Source: Peptococcaceae bacterium (GTDB lineage Bacteria > Bacillota > UBA994). From it: 64,000 bases of DNA. How positions within the stretch are numbered: the stretch's first letter is position 1; each line of letters begins with the position of its first letter. The translations under genes and the position numbers were made by a program. The notes under the pieces were generated by a model. The model had not been told where the DNA came from and searched no databases. It saw nothing but the letters and a program-made list of their open reading frames with translations. Below are positions 26,621-34,435 of the stretch, in pieces. The stretch covers positions 13,407 to 77,406 of the forward strand of contig JAGXSS010000040.1 in the NCBI GenBank assembly GCA_018334055.1, read 5' to 3'.

Positions 26621-27733
26621 GTGCGGATATTGTTCGTTTTGCCCCCAACCTATAAAGGAACGGCGCTGTCCACAGTGGAGGCCTATGTGTATCGGCTAGC
26701 TGCGGCACTCGTTAAGCGGGGCATGAATATTTATGTGCTAGGGTCCCGCGATGTTGTGCCAAGAGAGGTACAGATGCAGGGTCTTTGCATTTTGCCCTGG
26801 CCTGCATGCGCAGAGCATGTCCTCCGGGGCATCATTAGGGACATCCGCCCTCATGTCGTCCAGGTTGAGAACCGCCCCGCCCTGATACGTGGCATTCGCC
26901 ACGTATTTAATGGGCAATTGGTGCTCAATTTGCACAACCTGACGCATCTCTCCGGCGACAGTATCTCCCGCAGCGAGTTGCGGGTAGCACTGTGCCTAGT
27001 GGACAATATCGTTTTGGGAAATTACTATCAAAAAAGCCTGTTTTTAGGTAGATTTTTTGGTTTGCGGGGGAGGGCCCATGTCATCTACCCCGGTGTCGAT
27101 AGAGAGGTTTTTCGCCCATACTATGGTGACCAAACTTTGGAGAGAACGCGTCATCAAAAGCGCCATGGCCTTGGTTTGACCGGTCGCGACTTCGTAATTT
27201 TAGTAGTGTCATCCATTGCGGGAGGTGATGGTATCGACACGCTAGAAAATGCGGTGAGTTTGGCAGCGGGGGCGCCAATGAAGATGGTGCTCGTCAGTAC
27301 GTATGAGGATGAATTTGCCTTCGGGGGAAGGCTCCTCGCTCAAGAGGGGCGGACAGACGGGATTAACGCAGAAGACTTGCCCGCATTGTATCGGGCGGCA
27401 GATGTCTGTGCCCTTCATGGCTGGGGGAGAGTATCCCAGGCCATGATAGGGTTAGAGGCGCAGGCCTCCGGACTCCCTGTAGTGACCAACCTGCGCGGCG
27501 GCATTGTGGAAACTGTCGACAAGGGGTCGGCCTTTTTATTGAGGAGTTATGACGAGGTAACTGCGTGGACTAGGTCCTTGGAAGTTTTGGCCAAGGATGA
27601 ACCCCTGCGGCGCAAAATGGGGCAAGTAGGAAGGGGGTTCACCGCACGGTTTAACTGGGAGCAGTGTGCAGTGCGTTTCCTGTCTGTTTACAGCGCTGTC
27701 TCGCCGCCGCGCGCCTTCGGCATCAGCTTGTAA
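26621..27733 (+). CDS. GT4 glycosyltransferase, CotSA-like spore coat protein
   Basis: QVENRP, LNLHN, VIYPGVD..F.P, LY.AADV, EAQASGLPVV...GGI.E. Confidence 0.8.
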   Translation: MRILFVLPPTYKGTALSTVEAYVYRLAAALVKRGMNIYVLGSRDVVPREVQMQGLCILPWPACAEHVLRGIIRDIRPHVVQVENRPALIRGIRHVFNGQLVLNLHNLTHLSGDSISRSELRVALCLVDNIVLGNYYQKSLFLGRFFGLRGRAHVIYPGVDREVFRPYYGDQTLERTRHQKRHGLGLTGRDFVILVVSSIAGGDGIDTLENAVSLAAGAPMKMVLVSTYEDEFAFGGRLLAQEGRTDGINAEDLPALYRAADVCALHGWGRVSQAMIGLEAQASGLPVVTNLRGGIVETVDKGSAFLLRSYDEVTAWTRSLEVLAKDEPLRRKMGQVGRGFTARFNWEQCAVRFLSVYSAVSPPRAFGISL

Positions 27734-27772
27734 ACAGCAAAAAATGCTGCGAATTGTGTCGAAAAGCAATGC

Positions 27773-27801
27773 TTGTATTCAATAGCATTTTTTACTATAA
27801 T
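27773..27801 (+). promoter_or_regulatory. SigA promoter for 89-aa ORF
   Basis: TTGTAT-N17-TATAAT. Confidence 0.65.
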
Positions 27802-27827
27802 TATAGCAAAAATAGGGAGGAGTTGTC

Positions 27828-28097
27828 GTGTTTGTCACTCTAATTCGCGAAGACAAGCAAGTCGCCGCTTTCGTCAGGCTGAGAGATGACAACACCGTAG
27901 AAATTAACGCCGCGCCAAGTAAACTCATGGGCCAGTTGCAGCAAATCTACCGCCCAATGATGACCCCGATAGAGTTTGCCCAAGCAAATTTTAACCTAAC
28001 CCGTTTACGTCGGCACGGGTTCACTTGGGAGCTCATGTTGATCAAGGATTATCTAGAGTTGTCGGCCATTGATCATCCCAGAGCAACCGACCTCTAA
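27828..28097 (+). CDS. Hypothetical protein (89 aa)
   Basis: RBS AGGGAGGAG, promoter upstream, hairpin downstream; no family recognised. Confidence 0.65.
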   Translation: MFVTLIREDKQVAAFVRLRDDNTVEINAAPSKLMGQLQQIYRPMMTPIEFAQANFNLTRLRRHGFTWELMLIKDYLELSAIDHPRATDL

Positions 28098-28102
28098 AAA
28101 CG

Positions 28103-28149
28103 ACCGTGCAGGGAGCCGAGGACGTATAGTCCGCGGCTCCCTGCACGGT
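28103..28149. repeat. Long GC-rich inverted repeat/hairpin
   Basis: ACCGTGCAGGGAGCCG...CGGCTCCCTGCACGGT perfect 16 bp plus inner GGAC/GTCC. Confidence 0.85.
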
Positions 28150-28234
28150 AACTGGGAGTTTAGCTATGAGTATGGTGAGAAGGCCTTAAGTGTGGTAGAA
28201 TGGGCAACGTAGAGTGTGACCATGGAGGGTGCAT

Positions 28235-29059
28235 ATGCGGGACATTTTGAAGCTTAGTCTTATCTTGGCGATTATCTGTGCGGTGGCTGGGGCTGCTCTA
28301 GCGGCCACATATTCGGTCACCAGTGAAGTGATTGTGGCGAGACAGAAAGCCGAGTTGGAGGCTCGCTTACAGGAACTACTGCCTATGGCTGACGCCTTTA
28401 CGGAGGTTGACGCCGATGGTGTTGTTCACTACCTTGCCAAGCGAGGCGGGCAGCTCGTTGGTGCCATTATGGTGGCCAGTGGACGGGGGCATGTGGGTCC
28501 CATCGAACTCCTAGTCTCTTTTGATGTGTCTGGGAAAGTTTTGGGCGTTAAAGTAACCGGTCATCGTGAAACGGCCGGCATTGGGCACAAGGTTGAAGAT
28601 CAAGGTTTCTTGCGTCAGTTTGTTGGCAAGGAGCAGGGTGATGCGGTTGCCATCGGGCAGGACATTGTCGCGGTGAGCGGTGCCACTACTTCCGCCCGCG
28701 GAGTTGCGGGGGGAGTGCGGCAGGCCATCGCTAATTTTAACGTTCATGTGATGCGCGCCCCGCCTGAGCCGGTTCTCGACATCAGCGCCGTGGCCGACGG
28801 TGAGTATGAGGGCGAAGGCGAGGGGCTGCTAGGTCCTATTAAAGTGCGGATGACTGTCAGAGGCGGTAAAATCGTCAACATCGCTGTCTTGTCACACAGC
28901 GAGACGCCAGATTACGCTGCCAGGGCTATTCCTGAAATCAGTCGGGCGGTTATCGAAAAGCAGACGGTGGATGTCGACGTCGTAAGCGGGGCTACAGGTG
29001 CCAGCGAAGGGCTGATTGCTGCTCTCAAGCAGGCTCTAAAGGAGGCACCGCTCAAGTAA
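28235..29059 (+). CDS. RnfG-like membrane-anchored protein with two FMN-binding domains
   Basis: RnfG-type N-terminus (LAIICAVAGAALA.TY.VT), H.ETAG.G, SGAT at 28676-28687 and second domain H.ETP.Y...DVVSGAT at 28985-28996. Confidence 0.88.
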   Translation: MRDILKLSLILAIICAVAGAALAATYSVTSEVIVARQKAELEARLQELLPMADAFTEVDADGVVHYLAKRGGQLVGAIMVASGRGHVGPIELLVSFDVSGKVLGVKVTGHRETAGIGHKVEDQGFLRQFVGKEQGDAVAIGQDIVAVSGATTSARGVAGGVRQAIANFNVHVMRAPPEPVLDISAVADGEYEGEGEGLLGPIKVRMTVRGGKIVNIAVLSHSETPDYAARAIPEISRAVIEKQTVDVDVVSGATGASEGLIAALKQALKEAPLK

Positions 29060-29075
29060 TTTGGAGGTGGCATTC

Positions 29076-29573
29076 GTGCCCAGTTGGAGTCGCAGAGTGG
29101 GTTGGACCTTGGTCCTTTTTATAGTATGGATTTTATTCGCTCAGAGTTTTCATTGGCAATCGCTCATCACCGGCATATTGGTAGCCTTTTTGGTAGCAAT
29201 GTTCAACGACGATTTGCTGCTAAGCCTAAGTAACGACCTGCACATCGATCGGCGGTCGTTATTTCCTTGGCTTGTGTTTTTTTACTGGCTGATAATTGAT
29301 ATCTGCAAGGCTGCCTGGGGGGTAGCTGTAGTGGCCTGCGCGTGGCGCATGGACCTAAAGCCTCAATTTGTAGTGCATCCCATTAAACTTGATGAAACAA
29401 CCATGCGGGTGGTCCTCGCCAATAGCATCACCCTCACCCCAGGCACACTGACGGTAGAAGCGCCGCAGTCTGGGGCCTTTGTGGTGCATGCCTTAAATGA
29501 CGCCGCCGCCGCAGGGCTCACCGACTGGCACATAGAAAATCGCTTGGTGGCCATCGAGAGGAGGTGCTGTTAA
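29076..29573 (+). CDS. mnhE: Na+/H+ antiporter subunit E
   Basis: LANSITLTPGTLTV motif. Confidence 0.9.
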   Translation: MPSWSRRVGWTLVLFIVWILFAQSFHWQSLITGILVAFLVAMFNDDLLLSLSNDLHIDRRSLFPWLVFFYWLIIDICKAAWGVAVVACAWRMDLKPQFVVHPIKLDETTMRVVLANSITLTPGTLTVEAPQSGAFVVHALNDAAAAGLTDWHIENRLVAIERRCC

Positions 29574-29842
29574 TGGTTTTAGCTGCACTGTTAGTTTCTT
29601 GTCTAGTCCTAGTCTTGCTCACTTTTGCGGCACTTTATCGGGCTATCGCCGGTCCGACTCCGGCTGATCGTGTTGTCGCCATCAATGTTATCGGTACCAA
29701 GACAATGGTCGTTCTCGTGCTCATCGGCTATATCTTCCACGAGGCGCCTTTCTACATCGACGTGGCCATGGTATATGCGCTCATTAGTTTCTTGTTGACC
29801 ATCGGTGTGGCACGTTACTTAGAGAGAGGAACCATCGTGTGA
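29573..29842 (+). CDS. mnhF: Na+/H+ antiporter subunit F
   Basis: GPT.ADRVVA.N, DVA.VYAL.SF. Confidence 0.9.
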   Translation: MVLAALLVSCLVLVLLTFAALYRAIAGPTPADRVVAINVIGTKTMVVLVLIGYIFHEAPFYIDVAMVYALISFLLTIGVARYLERGTIV

Positions 29843-29857
29843 AGGGGGCTGGAATGT

Positions 29858-30172
29858 ATGCTAGAAATAATCGTTCATGGTGTTGGTGTTGTCTTTATTC
29901 TGGCGGGGCTGTTCTTCTTTGCGGCTGGCACGCTCGGCCTTATACGCTTTCCTGATGTTTTGACCCGCATGCATGCCACGACTAAGTGCGACACCTTAGG
30001 TGCCGGTCTCATCCTCGTGGGGCTCATGTTTTTCCCAGGCACGGTTTATTTGCGATTGAAGCTAGCCGTTATTATAGTCTTTCTGTGGATTGCTAACCCC
30101 ACTGCCGCCCATTACATGGCGCGTGCCGTCTATCGCACCGAGAAGGGGGATGGCGATGCTACAGGCAGTTAA
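29858..30172 (+). CDS. mnhG: Na+/H+ antiporter subunit G
   Basis: GL.RFPD..TRMHA.TK.DTLG, NP.AAH..ARA. Confidence 0.92.
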   Translation: MLEIIVHGVGVVFILAGLFFFAAGTLGLIRFPDVLTRMHATTKCDTLGAGLILVGLMFFPGTVYLRLKLAVIIVFLWIANPTAAHYMARAVYRTEKGDGDATGS

Positions 30173-30398
30173 CATTTTGTTACTGGTGTTCTTGGTGGTT
30201 TGTGCCGTTGTCGTGGCGCGCACCAAGGACCTGCTCAGTGCGGTGATAATTTTTGGTGCTTACAGTATGGTTATGTCCATTATCTGGCAACAGCTACACT
30301 CGCCGGATATTGCTATAACGGAGGCAGCCATTGGCGCCGGCGCTACTTCGTTGCTATTTTTGGCAGCCATCAGTCGCACGAGGAGGCATGAAGAGTGA
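30156..30398 (+). CDS. DUF4040/MrpA C-terminal-like small membrane subunit
   Basis: DLLSAVI.F, PDIAITEAAIGAG. Confidence 0.85.
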   Translation: MLQAVNILLLVFLVVCAVVVARTKDLLSAVIIFGAYSMVMSIIWQQLHSPDIAITEAAIGAGATSLLFLAAISRTRRHEE

Positions 30399-30676
30399 AA
30401 AAAGTTCTTCCGGTGCTCGTTCTGGCGGCCATAGGGATGCTCTTGGTCTTGACAGTGGCGGAAATGCCAACTTTTGGTGACGGACAGGCCCCCGCCCATC
30501 GGGGCGTCATGGACAAATATCTTCGCGATAGCGCCCAAGATACGGGGGCTATTAATACCATCGCCGCCATCATTTTAGATTATCGAGCGTACGACACTTT
30601 AGGAGAGGCTACGGTGCTGTTTGTGGCTGTTTTGGCAGTTTCGGCGGCTCTGTACCAAGGTGAACACCATGCATGA
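30395..30676 (+). CDS. MbhE/MnhB N-terminal-like subunit
   Basis: N.IAAIILDYRAYDTLGE..VLF. Confidence 0.85.
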   Translation: MKKVLPVLVLAAIGMLLVLTVAEMPTFGDGQAPAHRGVMDKYLRDSAQDTGAINTIAAIILDYRAYDTLGEATVLFVAVLAVSAALYQGEHHA

Positions 30677-31109
30677 TATGGTTTTAGAGGTAGTAAACCG
30701 TTTGCTTCTGCCCTTTATCCAGCTTTTTGGCATGTACATTCTCTTTCATGGCCATCTCTCCCCTGGGGGCGGTTTTTCGGGGGGCGCGGTCATCGGGGCA
30801 AGTCTTATTCTCTATAGCCTGACCTTCCGCTTCGCTAGAGTAAAACATCGCCTGGATCATGATACATCGGTCTTCTTTGAAGCAGCCGGGGCCCTCATTT
30901 ACGTAGCCATTGGCTTTGTCGGGCTATTTTTTGGCTATAATTTTCTCACTAACAGGGGCGTGTTCCCACTCGGCGTGCCGGGACAATTGTGGAGTAGCGG
31001 CATGATTCTCATCATTACGCTCGCGCTCGGGGCAAAGGTCAGTGGGACTATTTTGTCTTTGTTCCAAGAACTCTTGGAAGGGGGGAGTGATGAGCATGGA
31101 AATCCTTGA
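30669..31109 (+). CDS. mnhB: Na+/H+ antiporter subunit B
   Basis: GHLSPGGGFSGG motif. Confidence 0.88.
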   Translation: MHDMVLEVVNRLLLPFIQLFGMYILFHGHLSPGGGFSGGAVIGASLILYSLTFRFARVKHRLDHDTSVFFEAAGALIYVAIGFVGLFFGYNFLTNRGVFPLGVPGQLWSSGMILIITLALGAKVSGTILSLFQELLEGGSDEHGNP

Positions 31110-31467
31110 GCGACTTTACGGGAACATCTATTATCTGACATCGGTTATCCTCTTTGTCATTGGATTTCATACGATGCTCACCCATCGCAACCTCATCAAA
31201 AAACTGATGGCTCTCAACATCATGGATACCGCCATTTTTCTTTTTTTTGTCGCCATTGGTTACCGGCAGGGTGGACAAGCGCCGATACTGCTTCCCGGAG
31301 TCACAAGCTTTGTCAATCCTGTGCCCTCGGCCCTCATCCTTACCGGCATTGTCATCTCAGTGAGTTTTACCGCCTTCGCCCTGGCCTTGGTGGTCCTACT
31401 ATACAAGCATTACGGCACCCTCGATTCTGATGAAATCATTGCGATTAGAGGCAAGAAACATGTTTAG
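31096..31467 (+). CDS. mnhC: Na+/H+ antiporter subunit C
   Basis: NL.KK..AL.I, NP.P.AL.LTGIVI. Confidence 0.9.
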   Translation: MEILERLYGNIYYLTSVILFVIGFHTMLTHRNLIKKLMALNIMDTAIFLFFVAIGYRQGGQAPILLPGVTSFVNPVPSALILTGIVISVSFTAFALALVVLLYKHYGTLDSDEIIAIRGKKHV

Positions 31468-32926
31468 TCTAACTCATGCCCCAATTCTCATGGTGGTTAT
31501 CTTGCTCACCGCAGCCTTCATCGTGCCCCTGCTGCGCAAACATCTGCTAGTGGCCAAAGCGCTCTTTCTTGGTGCCGGCCTGTTGGTGACTATACTGTCT
31601 TTCTTAGTCGCCTGGAATGTCCTCGAAAACGGTACCATGGTCTATAATGTTGGGGGATGGGCCGCTCCGCATGGTATCGCCTTAGTGGTAGATGCCTTTG
31701 CAGCCTATGTGTCCTTGGTAATATCAGTAATCTCGTTGGTCATCTTCTGGTTTGCCGTTTTTGCGCCGCGGGAAGTTAAGCATGAGGTTGGCTACTATGC
31801 CCTCATACTCCTGTTAACTGCTGCCATGCACGGCATCGTCATGGCGGGAGATATCTTCAACCTATTTGTATTCGTGGAAATCAGTTCGTTAGCGGCGGTG
31901 GCCATTATTGCCGTTAAGGGTACAAAGGAGAGCATTGAGGCCAGCTTTCGATACCTAATCTTAAGTGCTCTCGGCTCGGGGGGGCTGCTCTTTAGCATCG
32001 CCCTCCTCTTTATGGTTACCGGACACTTGAACATGGACCTTATGAGGCAGACCCTAGAGGTAACGGCGGGGCAATACCCCTTGAATGTGCTGACCGCACT
32101 CGCTTTTATGGTCGTAGGGCTAGGGGTCAAGTCGGCACTCTTCCCCTTGCATATTTGGTTGCCCGATGCCCATGCGAACGCTCCCACCGCTTCTAGTGCC
32201 TTGCTCAGCGGCCTCGTGGTCAAGGTTTACATCGTGGCCCTCATGCGCATAGCCTATATGACTTTGGGCATGGAACTGTTTTACCTCCTGCCAATACGCC
32301 AAATTTTGCTTGTCATGGCTTCCTTGGCGATTGTGGCCGGGTCAGTCTTTGCCATAGTTCAAGATAACATTAAGCGCCTCCTGGCCTTTTCCACAGTCGC
32401 GCAAGTAGGATATATCTTCCTCGGCTTTTCCTTGTTGAGCGCGAGGGCAGTGGAGGGCGCGGTATGGCATATTCTCATTCATGCTATCATGAAGACCTTG
32501 CTGTTTTTGGCGGTGGGCGTAGTAATACACCAAAGCGGCTATAAGAAGATCTCGCAACTGCATGGTCTGGGCAGGCGGATGCCCTTGACTTTTGCCTGCA
32601 TCACCTTGGGGGCACTGTCTATGGTAGGCATTCCCGGCACAGCGGGGTTCATTTCCAAGCTCTACCTTGCACTTGGTGCACTTGATGCGGGTCAGGCCAT
32701 CTTTGCTGTGCTCATATTATTAAGCAGCCTGCTCTCTGCGGTCTACTACTTTCCGCTAATCATTACCGCTTACTTTGGGCACGATGCTTCGCCTACGGTG
32801 GTCGAGCCCTCACTCGCCGTGCAACTGCCCCTTGTGGTGTTAGCAATTGCAGTGTTGTTCTATGGGCTCATGCCCTCAATACTCCTGCCGTTAGTGCGTC
32901 AAACCGCCTTGTTGATAACGCGTTAA
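31460..32926 (+). CDS. mnhD: MrpD/NuoM-like proton-conducting subunit 1
   Basis: DIFNLFVF.EI, K.ALFPLH.WLP.AH, IKRLLA.ST..Q.GY, H...K..LF. Confidence 0.9.
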   Translation: MFSLTHAPILMVVILLTAAFIVPLLRKHLLVAKALFLGAGLLVTILSFLVAWNVLENGTMVYNVGGWAAPHGIALVVDAFAAYVSLVISVISLVIFWFAVFAPREVKHEVGYYALILLLTAAMHGIVMAGDIFNLFVFVEISSLAAVAIIAVKGTKESIEASFRYLILSALGSGGLLFSIALLFMVTGHLNMDLMRQTLEVTAGQYPLNVLTALAFMVVGLGVKSALFPLHIWLPDAHANAPTASSALLSGLVVKVYIVALMRIAYMTLGMELFYLLPIRQILLVMASLAIVAGSVFAIVQDNIKRLLAFSTVAQVGYIFLGFSLLSARAVEGAVWHILIHAIMKTLLFLAVGVVIHQSGYKKISQLHGLGRRMPLTFACITLGALSMVGIPGTAGFISKLYLALGALDAGQAIFAVLILLSSLLSAVYYFPLIITAYFGHDASPTVVEPSLAVQLPLVVLAIAVLFYGLMPSILLPLVRQTALLITR

Positions 32927-32942
32927 ATTTGGAGGGTTTGTC

Positions 32943-34424
32943 ATGTTTATGTTTCTTCAAACGCCAGTCTTGGCAGTTATCATCCCCATGGTGTTGTTTG
33001 CCGTCATCTACCTCGTTGAGCGGCGTTCCTGGCGGTTGCGCAATGCGCTTGCTGTCCTGGCCCCACTGATTTCGTTCTTGCTGCTACTCGGCAGTTATCC
33101 CCAAGTAATTGCCGGGGAAAGAGTATTTATTGAATTTCCTGCCATTTTGCCGCCGCTCGGGATGTCTTTTAGTATTGACTATTTGTCCCTCCTCGTGGGG
33201 CTAGTGGTTTCTTTCGTGTGGTTACTGGTTACCATCTACGCCACGGAATACATGGTCAAAGAACATGCCAAGAATCGCTACTATCCTTTTTCAACGTTAA
33301 CTCTGGCGGGTACTATGGGGGTCATATTGAGTGGTGACCTCTTTACCTTTTTTCTGTTCTTTGAGCTGATGTCACTTTCCGCATATGTTCTGATTGTGCA
33401 TGAGGAAACGCCCGAGGCCATGCGGGCCGGTTACAAGTACTTGGTCCTTACCATTGCAGGTGGTTTGGCTCTGTTCTTCGCGACAATTGCAGTTTTCGAG
33501 ATTGCCGGTACGGTTTCATTTGCTCCGGGCGGTTTTATCGCCGAAGTGAGCGGGTTGGCCATAATGGCTTTCTATGCGTTCTTAATCGGCTTCGGTATCA
33601 AGGCGGGCATTGTTCCACTTCATGTCTGGTTACCTGAGGCTCATCCGGTTGCGCCGAGCCCAGCCAGCGCCCTGCTCTCGGGCGTAATGTTGAAGACTGG
33701 TGCTTACGGCATGATACGCGTGGTATTCAACGTCTTCGGATACGAAGGTATCCGCGGGGCTGGTCTCGACAATTCCATGCTGGTTCTTGCGGCCATCACG
33801 ATATTCCTCGGCTCTGCCGTCGCTATTTCGCAAGAAGATATTAAGCGGCGCCTTGCCTATTCGAGCGTCGGGCAGATGGGGTACATTTTGCTTGGCATTG
33901 GACTGCTCCAAGAGCGCGCCCTAATTGGTGCTATTTTCCATATTTTTGCTCACGCGGTCATGAAGTCCAGTCTCTTCTTGGCAGCTGGCGCGGTCATTCA
34001 CAAGACGGGAAAGAGACGCATCTCCGAATGGAATGGCCTTGGCCAAGAAATGACGGTTACCATGCTGGTGTTTACCGTCGCAGCCCTGTCCATGGTCGGC
34101 ATTCCGCCCTTGGTGGGCTTCGTGTCTAAGTGGGAATTAGCGTTGGGTTCACTCGATGCGGGAAACTGGGGTTTTGTCCTACTGCTGCTCCTTAGTTCCA
34201 TGATGAACTTTATTTACTACTTCCCTCTTATTCAAAATACCCTCTTCGGCAAGCAGCAGGCCGCCGAGGGTCAGGCGTCTAATTCTCCTGAGTTGCCATG
34301 GAAGATGCTCGCGCCGATGGTTGTGCTGGCGTTAATTATTGTTTTGATTGATCTCTTCCCCCAAAACCCCGCTTTAGATCTTGCTAAAAGGGCGGCCGGG
34401 GCATTATTCCTGGGCGTTCATTAA
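32943..34424 (+). CDS. MrpD/NuoM-like proton-conducting subunit 2
   Basis: DLFTFFLFFELM, K.G.VPLH.WLP.AHP.AP, K.RLAYSS..Q.GY, GIPP..GF.SK. Confidence 0.9.
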   Translation: MFMFLQTPVLAVIIPMVLFAVIYLVERRSWRLRNALAVLAPLISFLLLLGSYPQVIAGERVFIEFPAILPPLGMSFSIDYLSLLVGLVVSFVWLLVTIYATEYMVKEHAKNRYYPFSTLTLAGTMGVILSGDLFTFFLFFELMSLSAYVLIVHEETPEAMRAGYKYLVLTIAGGLALFFATIAVFEIAGTVSFAPGGFIAEVSGLAIMAFYAFLIGFGIKAGIVPLHVWLPEAHPVAPSPASALLSGVMLKTGAYGMIRVVFNVFGYEGIRGAGLDNSMLVLAAITIFLGSAVAISQEDIKRRLAYSSVGQMGYILLGIGLLQERALIGAIFHIFAHAVMKSSLFLAAGAVIHKTGKRRISEWNGLGQEMTVTMLVFTVAALSMVGIPPLVGFVSKWELALGSLDAGNWGFVLLLLLSSMMNFIYYFPLIQNTLFGKQQAAEGQASNSPELPWKMLAPMVVLALIIVLIDLFPQNPALDLAKRAAGALFLGVH

Positions 34425-34435
34425 GGGGTGAGTTG

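Noticed and set aside
30395-30676. Energy-converting Mbh/Ech hydrogenase suggested by the MbhE-like subunit
   Set aside because: No [NiFe] large/small subunit or NuoH/I-like genes in the operon
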